From positions 5,208,001 through 5,272,000 of the forward strand of contig OZ231126.1 in NCBI GenBank assembly GCA_965153355.1: DNA of 64,000 nucleotides, read 5' to 3'. The DNA is from Flaccisagitta enflata. Taxonomy: Eukaryota. This document shows positions 50,673 to 63,870 of this stretch, in pieces. Numbering within the stretch: the first letter of the stretch is position 1; every line of letters begins with the position of its first letter. A program made the position numbers and the translations under genes. The notes beneath the pieces were generated by a model. The model was not told the origin of the DNA. It searched no databases and was given only the letters and a program-made list of their open reading frames with translations.

Positions 50673-52827
50673 TTTAAAATGTAATAAATTTACATTGAAT
50701 CTCTGTCTCAAATTTAAGGATTTTTCCATCTCTTTGTCAAATTGGTAATAAGTCGTGATCTTTTTAACCATTCTCATAAATATCATAAAAGTTGTGTGTG
50801 GAGTTTTGCATACACAGCCATTCATTACCATCAATTGAGTTCACCAACAAGTCCATCAGGCAGCTCGTAATCTCTCTTTTTGATAATGTGCATCTCTGTA
50901 AAGTGACTGTTTGATCTTGGTCCATAGATGACCTTTTTTTCGCTCTCTTTGATAATATTTTTGGAACATTCCTTTTCATCTAAAAAAAAATATTCTTTTG
51001 CTCCGTGAATTTGTCTCATAGAATCGTCTTCGTTTTATCGAGCACGCTCATATAAACAATTATTCAGCTTGCTGTATTTTTCTCTTTCTTTCTCTTCTTC
51101 TCTTTCTCTCTAAGAAGTTAGAAAAACGGTAGACATCTCGGTTGAAAACCGTGGCGCATTTTGTGTAGCGTCACGTTGGTCTCGTCGGGAAAGAGTTCGA
51201 AACTGAAACTCAAAACTACTTCAATTCGAATTGTTGTTCCAAAATGTCGCAATTCCCCGTCAAGACGAAAAGAGGCCGAGCAGCCGTCAGGTATCGTCAT
51301 AGGGCGTGTTTTTAGTGAAGATGAAAAACGCGATAATTCCCGTTGAAAGCGTTTACAGCGTAAACACATTTAAGAATTTCAACTGTCCCTTGAAGTGAGT
51401 GAAGTAAGTGAGCCTGTGAATGGAGTGAGCGAAGGAGCGAAGCAAGCGCAGTGAAGCGGAGCGCTGCAGAGCAAGTGAACGGTGCAAGTGAACAAACGTA
51501 GCGAGCGACCAAGTGGCACGTTCAAAACGCGATTGTCTCTGACTAGAAACGCCACCTCACCCGTATGGCCGTATTATGTAAACTTATGTTTAAAGCTTTT
51601 TTAAGATTTCCTAGGCCGCCAACACGGCTACCCTCGTCTCGTATGGGTGTGTAGGGCCTGTATTTAATGTCAGTTGATCATTTGGGCAGGAACAGTGAGG
51701 AAGAAGACCGCAAAAAAAAAAAAATGATCTAAGACAAGTGTGACCGATCAACCAACGGACAGACAAAGCGGGGTGAACACTGAACAGTCGTGTACCACGC
51801 GACTAAAAACCTTGAAAAATTTATTGAACTTCTAATGTTTTGACTTATGACCCAAATTTAGTCAAAAGTTAAATTAATGGTCTGAAAATGTCGCGATGAT
51901 GTCTTCGATGATAACTGACATCAATTTGTCTTTGCAGCGATTCACAAAAGATCTTCAACGAGGGGGCGATTCGTTACAATTTGGGCGTGATTGATTATTG
52001 CCGGACGTCCATGTCCGCCTTGTCCGGAGGAGCAGCCGGAATTCTAGGACTCACCGCGCTCCAGGTAACCTGGTAACCCGGACCAATGACGTCAAAGCTA
52101 ATATGAGTATGTACATGGTACGGTACTCTACGGGTCTGCTAACAAGGCTGAATACACGGCCACCACAAGTGCGTGCGGGTGGGCCGAAGCAGGGGCAGTG
52201 ATGATGGTCATCAGTGTGTTTGGACACGCATGGACGATGGGGTCAAGGAATGCCATCATGAGTTAGCGCGACCGATCGACAGACCGGCCCAGATAGAAAA
52301 CACTCTGGAAGTTGGAGTCTGTAATGTATAAAACTAACAGATAAGCACGAGAATATATCCATATAGAATCATTTTGCGGGGAGAGAAAAATAGAAAATAT
52401 GTCCTAATGACTGACAGTCTACTGTAGATCAAACCCATCGCGTGCATACTGATCATATTTTTCTCTCCTTTTCCTTTCCGTTGACAGGGTTTCATCTTCT
52501 ACTTCATTTCGGCCTTTTCGTTGTCCATCATGTTGCTCGTGTTCAAAGCCGGCTTAAAAACGTGGGATCAATATTTCTTATCACGATCTCCCGTTCTAAC
52601 GGGCGGACTCATGAATCAATTGTTTACCTTCTTACTATGTTGGACGTTTCTCTACGGAATGGTGCACGTTTATTGATGAATAAAAAGACGCTCTCGAGCG
52701 AATGACACAAACTTGCTTTACGTATGATAGGATTCGAAATACTAGATTTTTCGGATTTTCATTCTTATTCTAAATTTCCATTTTGAAAATTTGTCTCATT
52801 CTCTTTCCTTCTTTCTTCTTCTATTTT

Positions 52828-52898
<71 letters not shown>

Positions 52899-53083
52899 GG
52901 GATTCAAACCATATCTATACATGATGATTTACCCCTTTTAGTCACATTCCAGAAACTTGACCTGTGTGATAAGGAATAAAGTGAAGAATCAATTTTCTCG
53001 CATTTTAAAAAGCATTTCCGCAATGACATTGAAACAATGAATAACAATCATTTGCCTCAATCATAAGCTGAAGTCACACCATC

Positions 53084-56000
53084 ATGATGTCCGCGATTTA
53101 CCGCGCAACGTCCGGTTTCATTGAGATTGAAGCTTCCGTAACTCGTCTTTCTCGCACCTTTTCTTGTCTTTGCGCCGCTTCGCAATCAGACAGACGATCG
53201 ACCGTCTCGCCGAGACGGAAGACCAGTGTTTCTAGTGTTTTATCATGGGCAGGGACAACCATTGTCGCATCAGGAGCGAATATGAACGCGAAAATGACGA
53301 CCAAGAAAGCCATGACGACCTCGTTGTCTCTACAACCACGTTTGTCAGGCAGCAGCAACGCGAACCGAAGATTATTATTTTCGAATCCAACGTTTCATCG
53401 GCATTCCTTCACCACTTCCTCAAAAACAACAACAACAACATCATCAACAACCACATTAACGAGTATCCGAGCTTTTACTGAACGATTCCAACCCAAAAAC
53501 TTGGTCCAACTCGCCCCTCGGTCGTCTCAGCCTTATCTTCTTTTGATGCGGTTGGACAAACCCATCGGGACTTGGTTGTTGTACTTGCCGTGCACTTGGG
53601 GTATCGCTATGGCAGCCGCGCCTGGAGCATGGCCCGATCTCGGAATGCTCGCTCTTTTTGGCACCGGTAAGTCGGGTTGTTCTTCTGCTTGTTCTTCTGC
53701 TTTCACGTTTATTCTCAAGTGATTGTCTCCGATGTTTTTATTGTTGCTGCAAATGACTGCGTATGCCGTATGATTTGTTGAAGCCAACGTTTGTGTACAG
53801 ACGCAGGCACTGTACTGCACTGATGCGCGGTGCGGGATGCACTATCAACATACATGTGGGATTGCGACTAAAGGTGTGATGTTATCCACCACGCTCTGTG
53901 CTGATGTACGTGATGCGAGATGCAATGTCAATGACATGTGGGATTACGAGCAGAAGGGTTATCTGTTGTGATGTTATCCTACTGGCGCTGTGCTGATGCG
54001 TGGTGCAGGATGCACGATCACGACATGGGATCTTGACTAAAAGCGTTGTTTCCGTTGTGATATTATCCTACAGGCGCTGTGCTGATGCGTGGTGCAGGAT
54101 GCACGATCATGACATGGGATCTTGACTAAAAGCGTTGTTTCCGTTGTGATGTTATCCGATAGGCGCTGTGCTGATGCGTGGTGCGGGATGCACTATCAAC
54201 GACATGTGGGATCGTGACTTTGACAAACATGTTGAAAGAACAAAAGCTCGCCCTTTGGCTAAAGGGGACGTCTCCATAAAGCAGGCAACCGCGTTCTTAG
54301 GTATCATTGTTTGTGGTAATTTAAAGGTTTGTGCGTGCTTGATGTGTGCATGTTTTGGATTTGTTTGCTTGCGCGTGCTTCTTTGGCTGAGTTTGTTTGG
54401 GTTTGTTTGTTTGGATGTGCTAGTTTGTGTGTGCTTGTTGGTCTTTGCTTATTTAGCTTAGCTTGTTTGGGTTTGCTTGATTGTGTGTGCTTGTTTGGCT
54501 TTGCTTGATCGTGTGTGCTTGTTTGTGTGCGCGCCTGTTGCTGTTTGAGCGTTTGTATGTTTATTAAGGTCCATTTCTCTTCCGCCTCTCTCCCCTCTCT
54601 CTCTTACAGCATTACAACTATCGGCTTCGTGATTGATCTTGTTGCAACTTATCTGGTATTCCGTGTTTTTGGGCGCATCTTCATTGCTCATTGTGATGAC
54701 ACACCCCCTTTCTTCCCTCTCTCTTACAGCATTACAACTATCGGCTTCGTTATTGATCTTGTTGCAACTGAACTGGTATTCTGTGTTTTTGGGCGCATCT
54801 TCTTTGCTCACCATGATGACTTACCCTCTTTCTTCCTTCTCTTACAGCATTACAACTATCAGCTTCGCTATTGATCTTGTTGCAACTTATCTGGTATTCC
54901 GTGTTTTTGGGCGCATCTTCATTGCTCATTGTGATGACACACCCCCTTTCTTCCCTCTCTCCTACAGCATTACAACTATCGGCTTCGCTATTGATCTTGT
55001 TGCAACTGAACTGGTATTCTGTGTTTTTGGGCGCATCTTCTTTGCTCATCGTGGTGACTTACCCCCTTTCTTCCTTCTCTTACAGCATTACAACTATCAG
55101 CTTCGCTATTGATCTTGTGGCAACTGAACTGGTATTCGGTGTTTTTGGGCGCATCTTCTTTGCTCATCGTGGTGACTTACCCCCTTTCTTCCTTCTCTTA
55201 CAGCATTACAACTATCAGCTTCGCTATTGATCTTGTGGCAACTGAACTGGTATTCTGTGTTTTTGGGCGCATCTTCTTTGCTCATCGTGGTGACTTACCC
55301 CCTTTCTTCCCTCTCTCACAGCATTACAACTATCAGCTTCGCTATTGATCTTGTTGCAACTGAACTGGTATTCGGTGTTTTTGGGCGCATCTTCTTTGCT
55401 CATCGTGGTGACTTACCCGCTGATGAAGCGCTTCACTTACTGGCCTCAATTCTTCCTCGGTCTCGCCTTCAACTGGGGCGCTCTCTTGGGATTCGCCGCC
55501 GTCAAGTGAGAATGGAATCGATTGATGTCAGGTCATCGGGGAAATAAAAATGATAACGATTTCTCCTCCGTATTGCGCCGTTATTACTCGCGTTGAATTC
55601 ACGCTTGCGGGTGGGCACCGTGGGCATTGGGGCAATAATTCGGGTGGGCAGGGGTAGTATGGGACAGGGCGTGGGCTGTAATCAGGCTGGGCATTGATGT
55701 CAGGTCATCGCGTAAAAATGATAATTTTCTCCTCCGTCGATTTCGCGTCATTCTTGCAAGACGGGTGGGCAGGGGTAGTATGGGACAGGGCGTGGGCTGT
55801 AATCAGGCTGGGCAGATGCAGTCGCGTTCAGCCATTTCGCGTCATCTAAAGACAAAACCTTGTACAGAGTCGCTTTTCTTTTTACTCCGTTCTTTGTTCA
55901 TAGTCATCCTTTAGAATTCATTAAACCTTCATTTAAGTCATTCAACTTCCATTTCCTCTCTGACTCCAAACCCCCCCCCCCCCCCCCAGTGGTTCTCTGA

Positions 56001-57463
56001 ATTTTCCGATTGTGGTTCCGTTATACTGCGCGGGGATTTGTTGGACGATCATTTACGACACGATTTACGCTCATCAAGACAAAACCGACGACGTCATCGT
56101 GGGAGTCAAATCCACGGCGCTGCTCTTCGGCGAAAAGGGGACGAAACCGGCACTGGCCATGTTCGCCACTGCGATGACAGCATGCTTGCTCACTTCAGGT
56201 TATTATTGTATTTTTTATCCTAGCAGTCTCGACCATCTTTGCCACTACTGTGATTGCGTGCTTGCTTACTTTTGAATCAGAGGTGTCGATTATGTGTAGC
56301 TTGGTAGCAATGCAACGTGGCAGGTAAGCGCCAAAAAGCGGCAGATAGTGGTGGTCAAAGAGGTAACGGGGGGGAAAAAGGGGGAACAGAGAAAGACAGG
56401 AAGAAAGGGAGGAAGCGGGGAAGATTGCAAGCTAGGTCTCGCGCAGGGAAGGAAGGACGGAAGTAGGAAAGAAAAGAAAACCATGTAATGTGGTTTCTAA
56501 TTTGAACACTAGATTTTCGATTTTGCCTAATTTGAACACTAGATTTTCGATTTTGCCTGCACTAGCTCTCTGTCACTGTGTAATTTTGACATATCCGCGG
56601 TAGCGCTTGCCGGTTTTTTCATCGTCCTGAAACTCTTCAGATTTCGGCTCTAAAGTTCGGTTTATGAAATCCTGATTTGCATATTGCAGTTGAACGTTTC
56701 AAACACGTAAAACAATATTCCATAAACAAGAAAATCATTCGCTGTCAAATATTTCAATCTGCTTTTGACTACTGATAGGCCAGACGCAAATGCAAACAAT
56801 GAGTGAATACATTCATTAAGGACAGTTTCCTCTTACTCCCGATACCGATTGAGTTTATTCCTAGGGGTAGATATGAACAAAAAACTGCTTAGTAAAGCGT
56901 AATGTCCTTTCGTTCGTCTTCCCTCGTAGCGAAAGCTGTTGTGCAGCGGTGCGGCTGCTGTTGTATTTTCCACGCAACGTAGCGATCAAGCAGAATCGGC
57001 CGTCGGCACTTCTGCTTCTGATAAGGCAATCGGCACCTAACTCCCCTTGGAAATCCTAGCTTTAATTATGTAAACGACTGCCAGCTTAGGCACCAAACTC
57101 AGATCTTTGCCCACTGCCTGCTTACACTCTCCAGACTTGGCTTTATTGGCACCAAACTTAGCTGAACTCATCTCTCGCCCGATCTTAGGTTATTTCGCCG
57201 GACAGACGCTTCCGTATTACTTAGCCATCGGTGGTTCCGCTCTTCATCTTTCTCATCAATTGATTACTTTGGACATAAACAACGTCGCCGATTGTTGGGC
57301 CAAATTCGTCTCCAATACCAAACTCGGTCTCATCATCTTCTTCGGAATCGTAGGCGGAAAACTCGTAGCCAAAAACGAAGAGGACGACGATGCTTCGGAT
57401 GATCTCGCGAGTGCTACGCCTGTTACGATGGTGGCTGATTCTGTCAATGTCGCGGCAAGTTGA
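53084..57463 (+). CDS. COQ2: 4-hydroxybenzoate polyprenyltransferase, mitochondrial
   Basis: Exons 53084-53666, 54163-54300, 55322-55505, 55990-56198, 57189-57463. Motifs: [54 protein letters not shown]. Confidence 0.96.
53800..54220 (+). repeat. ~89-bp tandem repeats spanning the acceptor of COQ2 exon 2
   Basis: Four degenerate copies of gcgctgtgctgatgcgtggtgc..ggatgcac precede the true exon start at 54163. Confidence 0.88.
54585..55420 (+). repeat. 118/120-bp tandem repeats spanning the acceptor of COQ2 exon 3
   Basis: Exon-like starts at 54610, 54730, 54848, 54968, 55086, 55204 and 55322 (true). Confidence 0.93.
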
Positions 57464-57811
57464 TTTCGATCGCCGTCGTGTAGTCCAAGCTGTGCCCGAC
57501 GAGACCAATTCCATCTAACTGCCGTGCAAAATGATTAGGTCGCAAATCCCAAGAGAATGCCTCAGAACGTTGTTATTTCTCGTTGCGCAAAAAAGAATAA
57601 AAAACAATTGTCAATTCCAGTCCAACTCTTGAAAATCTTGCTCCTAAACAAAAATCATTCGTCAATCGTTTTTCATTGTTTTACAGATGATGGTTTTTGA
57701 GTAACCCCGTTTGACGTAACATTTGTAAGGAATAAGAGAAACCATTCGATTGGAAAACCCAGTTGACATATACTTCATGGTTATTGAGTTTGACTTTTGA
57801 CTTATGAAAAA

Positions 57812-58296
57812 ATGGATCCGTTGGTCATTCGGGTGCTTTCAAACTTGATTCATTCGCCGATCGGTCGGAAATCGGCGCTGGTTTCCACCGCGCCCTTCGT
57901 GGCTTTGCGCGCCGCCAGTCAATCGTCGGCGCTCACGTCCGTGGCTTTACGCGCCGCCGCTCATTCGTCGCCGCTCACATGCGCCAGTTGGTCACGCGGC
58001 GTCGTAACGTGGCAGTCCGACGACGCGGAAAACGGGAATCGTCTTCATCAACAGTATCGTCTTCATCAACAGTATCGTCATCGTCATCATGTAGGGTCAT
58101 CGAAAGTATTACGCTTCTCCGCCTCTTCTTCCTCCATCTCGCCCACTTCTTCCTCCTCCACTTTCTCTTTAGTAGGCCAACAACAACAACAACAACAACA
58201 ACGGCGGATGCTTCATCTTGATCGTAGATTCTTTTTCACGCCATCGACGTCTTCCTCCTTTTCCTCTTCCTTGCTCCGCCACTCCAGCCCTCTTTT

Positions 58297-58342
<46 letters not shown>

Positions 58343-61300
58343 CCCCGCCGTCAATTTCACGTTTCCGGTCGATGGGACAAACGCGATTATTACGAAGTGT
58401 TGGGCGTCAGTAAAAACGCCACCACCAAAGAAATTAAAAAAGCTTATTTTGAAAAGGCGAAGAAACTGCATCCGGACGCGAACCCCAACGACCCGTCGGC
58501 TGGCGAGAAGTTCCAGGAAGTCTCCGAAGCTTACGAAGTGTTGAGCGACGACGGGAAAAAGTCGCAGTACGATACTTACGGAATGGCCGGGGATCCCGCC
58601 AGCGCATCCGGTGGTGGAGGAGGAGGAGGAGGAGGACCCGGAGCCAATCCATTCGCGGGAGGATTCGGCGGATTCGGATTTCAAGGTATGGCAAAAAAAA
58701 ATAATCCTGTGGCTGTGTCTATTCTGTGAAGTATGCTAGTAAAGCAACGCGGCAGGCAAGCCTCAAAAGTGTGGTGGATGTGGCCAGCCAAGGGGGGTCG
58801 GGGGTGGAATGGAGAGGAAACATTAGCAATAGCGCTTGTGCATATCAGCCTTTGTTTCATTGATCTGTGGATGAAATCTCCATTTACATATTGCATTTAT
58901 ATATGTTATTATATATTTTGGGCCGGGACCTATCAGGGTTACAGAATATTCTTTAGCACTCAGCTACTTGAATCTATGTTAGCGCCTTATGCCCTTGTTA
59001 GCTGTTAATTGAGCACTTTATCCCTTGGGGTAATACCACCCTGGTCCCAAGCTCAAAACTATAATTGGTATTGGTAATCCCAGTGAACTCTATCATTAAA
59101 CTATCTTGGGAATTACTTGTTCCTAATCAGCAATCCTATAAATAAATCCACAATGGTTAACTTTTAGAACAAAACACAAGAGTTTATTAATTGACAGAAA
59201 TTATCAGGCATTGAGAACATAAGAGAATAAAAGTTTTCTGATCACTTGATAAAATATTACCTCCCCCTCAAGTTCCCCCTTAGAGTATTTTAGTTTAAGT
59301 TATAAGATATTGGACTACTTAGAATTATTTTATCCCAATTTATATCAAAACTCCCACTTAAATGGACTCTGGCTAATACTTAGTCTCTACAGAGACTTAA
59401 CAACCTTTACAGTGTCTCTACTGAGACTTTACCACTCTTACAGTGTCTCTACTGAGACTTGAACACTTTTACAGTGTCTCTACTGAGACTTGAACACTTT
59501 TACAGTGTCTCTACTGAGACTTAAACACTTTTACAGTGTCTCTACTGAGACTTGAACCCCTCAACAATGTCTCTACTGAGACTTGAACACTTTGACCGTG
59601 TCTCTACAGAGACAGAGTTACCTTAGTGGAGTAGTAATAAAATAATACTTAAGGCTTTATCACTTAAAATAAGATTAACTTAGACTTAAGTTAGAAATAG
59701 AGTTAGAAGAGAAATAAGTAACTTTAGCACTTAGACTATAGATAAAGTATAGTGGAATCATTAAGTGACAAACCACACTTATAATTATCAATACCTTTGG
59801 TAGAAGTTGACTGACAGAGGTCAGATAATAATTTCAGCTTATTTATTTGGAAGAGCAGGAGAGATGTCCTTCTTCTAGGAAAGCCAAAATCTGAATGAAT
59901 TACCTGGGAAAATCTACTCCACACATCAACTTTGTTTTGCCTCCAGCTCCCTGGAAGGAGCTAATTTGTGCTGGTTCCAAGGAGCAGCCTTGCTCCCCAA
60001 TATGAGCTCCATAGGAATTGGATGTTTAACATTGTGCTCCTATGGAGGAGCTAGCTAGCTCCAAGGAGGGAGCTTAATTTGATCTGCCACCCATGAGCTA
60101 CCTTGCTCCCTGGAGGAAGCACCATTGGAATAGGCCGTTTAACATGGAGCTCCCTCAGGGGAGCAGCCTTGCTCCCCGGAGGAAGCTAAAACTCACTGAT
60201 TTCACATTGTACTAATAATATTGGAGTAGGATACTATGAGAATGATACATTTACATACTTATTTAACACAACCATTGGGTTAAATACCCTAATTGCCAGA
60301 GTTTGAGCTAATACTATGTTATTTTAATCCTTTCATTTCCCCCCCTTTTATGTGATCAGATTTTAGATAAAAGTTATCATGAGAAACAACAATCAATACA
60401 GTAGCAATACAATTAGCAGGAATTAACAGTGATTTACAAAACAGTGAGCAATTCAACAGCTAATGTAACTAAGTTGATAGTAGGGCCCATAACTAGATAG
60501 CTTATTCAAAAGCTAATTAATCACATTAGAAATGCCCCTTGTAGCTAGATAGTAGCCCCAAATGACAGGGAACTATAAACATAGTTAAGCCATGTCACAT
60601 ACTTACCCATTCCACTTTTTACAACATATGTTTTAGACAGGCTGACAAATGTTCTTTATACAAGAATCGGATCATTCTTATCGTCAGATAATTATTTGTT
60701 AGTCTGAAACAAAGGTTCCTATGAATTCTTGATAACCATGTCATATGGCCCAGTATCCATAATTTCGTTTTACCCCCGAGTATGATTTCGTTTTGTTCAA
60801 AGAGTTGAAATAAATCAGAAAATTGCTGCTTTTGGACGAAATGCTTCTTGTCGCACTATTGCTTCTTGACGAAAGTGTTTTGGCCAATATACGCTGCGGC
60901 GATGTTGAGTTGCATGTGCGGAATAATCACAGATTCAGTTGAGTAGCGCTATACCTAATGGTTGATCACTTATGATAAACAGAAGGTTGCTTCCCCATTT
61001 GTTCAACCCCTTTGACTCTCTTTCCTTCCCCCCCCCCCCCTTCCTTTGTCCTTATTCCTGCTTCTCCTCCAAATCAGGTTACCAGTCTCAAACGAATCCC
61101 GAGGATTTATTTCGTAAAATCTTCGAGGATTTCGGTGGTTCGTTCGGCGGCGCGGGAATGGGAGGAGGAGGAGGGGGATTTGGACGAGAGTCAGTTCAAG
61201 GATCGACGCAAGAAATCGTCATGGATTTGAGTTTCCAGGAGGCCGCCAGGGGAGTCAACAGAAAGGCGGCTATAAACGTGGTAAGTGTATGAAGGGGGGG

Positions 61301-63870
61301 AGCCGGGGAGGGGAGGGGGAGAGAGTAGGGGGAGGCGGATTTGGACGAGAGTCTGTTCAAGGATCGACGCAAGAAATCGTTATGGATCTGAGTTTCCAGG
61401 AGGCAGCCAGAGGAGTCAATAGAAAGGCGGCTATAAACGTGGTAAGTGTATGAGGGGGGGGGGAGCCGGGGAGGGGAGGGGGAGAGAGTAGGTGGAAGCG
61501 GATTTGGACGAGAGTCAGTTCAAGGATCGACGCAAGAAATCGTTATGGATCTGAGTTTCCAGGAGGCAGCCAGAGGAGTCAATAGAAAGGCGGCTATAAA
61601 CGTGGTAAGTGTATGAAAGGGGGGAGGGGAGGGGGAGAGAGTAGGGGGAGGCGGATTTGGACGAGAGTCAGTTCAAGGATCGACGCAAGAAATTGTTATG
61701 GATCTGAGTATCCAGAAGGCAGCCAGAGGAGTCAATAGAAAGGCGGCTATAAACGTGGTAAGTGTATGAAGGGGGGGGGGGAGGGGAGGGGGAGAGAGTA
61801 GGGGGAGGCGGATTTGGACGAGAGTCAGTTCAAGGATCGACGCAAGAAATCGTTATGGATCTGAGTTTCCAGGAGGCAGCAAAACGAGTCAATAGAAAGG
61901 CGGCTATTAACGTGGTTAGTTGAGAGAGCGGAGGGGGCGGGAGGAAGTTAATAAGAGGCGATTCGATTGGTCTGAGGGGAGGTATATAACCTGGTATATA
62001 ATGTTTCGCTCTGGCGGAAAAAGCAACTGTACTTGTACCTAGTGGATCAGCTTTATTGGATATTAGACCGATGGTCAATCATTGTCCTCTCTGAATCCTT
62101 GTTCATGTTTGTATGCGAGATGGGGTGCTCAATATCGTCTCACTTGTCAGTTTATCAAGCATCAAGACCGCACAAATTTGCGCGTAACTCTTATTTCTTG
62201 CTGTTTGTGCATTTTCTTTGCCAAGGTGGAGATCTGTCCTAGTTGCAAAGGAAATCGAACGACGAGCAAAGACGGTTTGACTAAATGCACTCATTGCAAA
62301 GGATCCGGAATGGAGACGTTTACTCAAGGACCTTTTGTCATGAAGAGCACCTGTCGGAAGTGCGCTGGTTAGTAAAGATACCGCGATGTAAACGGGTGAA
62401 AGAATGAATTTATGATTGAAGGGTCCCGAATGGAAACGATTACAGACGGGACCCTAATAAGAGCGGAGGAGGGACCAACAGTTTTAGCATCACCCCCTAC
62501 AGTTTATGTGGCTCAAGCAAATTTCTCACTTACTGTGGCGGACTATACTTTAGATGGATACAATTGGCGCCACCGTAGTGATTTTTGAATTTCCACCTAG
62601 AACACCCCCAAATTGTCAAAATTGAAGAAAAAATTGCTCATTTTTTATGTAGGCCCCGGGGAGTAATTTTGCGAAATTTAAGGGTGTTCTAGGTGGAAAT
62701 TCAAAAATCGCCACGGTGGCGCCATTTGTATCCACCTAAGGTGTAAACCGCCATAGCAAGTGAGAAGAATGCTTGAGCCATATAAGCTGTAGGGGGTGAT
62801 GCTATAACTTTGGGTCCTCCTCCGCTCTTATTAGGGTCCCGTCTGTACTCAAAGGACCTACTGTCATGAAGAGCACCTGTCGGAAGTGCGCTGGTTAGTT
62901 GAGATGCCGTGATAGGAATGAATGAATAAATGAATGAACGAATGAACGAATGAATGAATGAATGAATGGAAAAATACCCTAAAGAGTCTTCAGTGCTTTG
63001 GTAGTGAGACGACAGCATTTACAGTACTTGTTACCACAATAACGAGTGAGAATAGATGAACCTTAAAATTGTCGATTTTCAATGGTTGCAATCATGATGA
63101 AAGCGTTTCTCCGACTCGCAGGTCAAGGAACGATGTTAAAGGATCCATGTATGGAGTGTTTCGGCAAAGGCCGCGTTCAAGGCCGGAAAGAAGTGACAGT
63201 TCCAGTCCCTGCCGGCGTGGAAGACGGACAGACCATCCGGATGTCTGTCGGTGACACCGAAGTCTACGTCATTCTCAGAGTCGCGCCGAGTGAATATTTC
63301 AGGAGAGAGGGCGCTGATGTGCATTCCGGTAAGATTTGGATTTATTTGCTCTTGCAGCAATGGCTTCACCAGTAATGGCCTGCTATAAGTTCATATAATC
63401 TACCAATCAGAAGAACTAACAAGCAATATCTCACCCGAACAACATGGCACTCAAACGCATTACCAAACGAATTATCAACCAAACGGAGTATACTCAAACG
63501 GATTATCAACCAAACGAATTATCATCCAAACAAACTATAATCTAAACCATCTATCGACCAAACAAACTATCGACCAAACAAACTATCGACTAAACAAACT
63601 ATCGACCATACAAACTATCGACCAAACAAACTATCAACCAATCGATCCACCAATCGATCTATCAATTACCAACCAATCGATCAACTTAGAGATCATTGAA
63701 TCCATAGTTGTTTTCACATTTTTAATGAACCCGTGTTTCAGATTTGAAAATCTCCGTGGCTCAGTCGGTTCTTGGGGGATCGGTTCGCGTCCGCGGCATC
63801 TACGAAAACATGGACGTGGATATCCCAGCTGGAACAGGCTCGCATAAGATCATCAAACTCTCCAACAAAG
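57812..63870 (+). CDS. DNAJA3: DnaJ homolog subfamily A member 3 (Tid1), mitochondrial; partial, continues beyond the window
   Basis: Exons 57812-58685, 61078-61280, 62226-62367, 63122-63328, 63742-63870. J domain DYYEVLGV...HPD, G/F region, CxxCxGxG repeats, PAGVEDGQT. Confidence 0.95.
59380..59615. repeat. ~31-bp tandem repeat (acagtgtctctactgagacttgaacactttt)n
   Basis: About seven copies within DNAJA3 intron 1. Confidence 0.9.
61177..61922 (+). repeat. ~160-bp tandem repeats spanning the donor of DNAJA3 exon 2
   Basis: Five copies of ggatttggacgagagtc...taaacgtg|gtaagt plus a G-rich tail; the first copy is the true exon end. Confidence 0.93.
62443..62845. mobile_element. Palindromic MITE with TA TSD
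   Basis: ta|cagacgggaccctaataagagcggagga... pairs with ...tcctccgctcttattagggtcccgtctg|ta, and the element is inverted almost throughout. Confidence 0.85.

Noticed and set aside
54585-55420. Mutually exclusive COQ2 exons (rhodoquinone switch)
   Set aside because: The copies are partial exons without their own 5' splice sites and lead to stops or frameshifts.
59380-59615. 31-bp repeats as a CRISPR array
   Set aside because: Head-to-tail units with no unique spacers, no cas genes, and a eukaryotic intron context.
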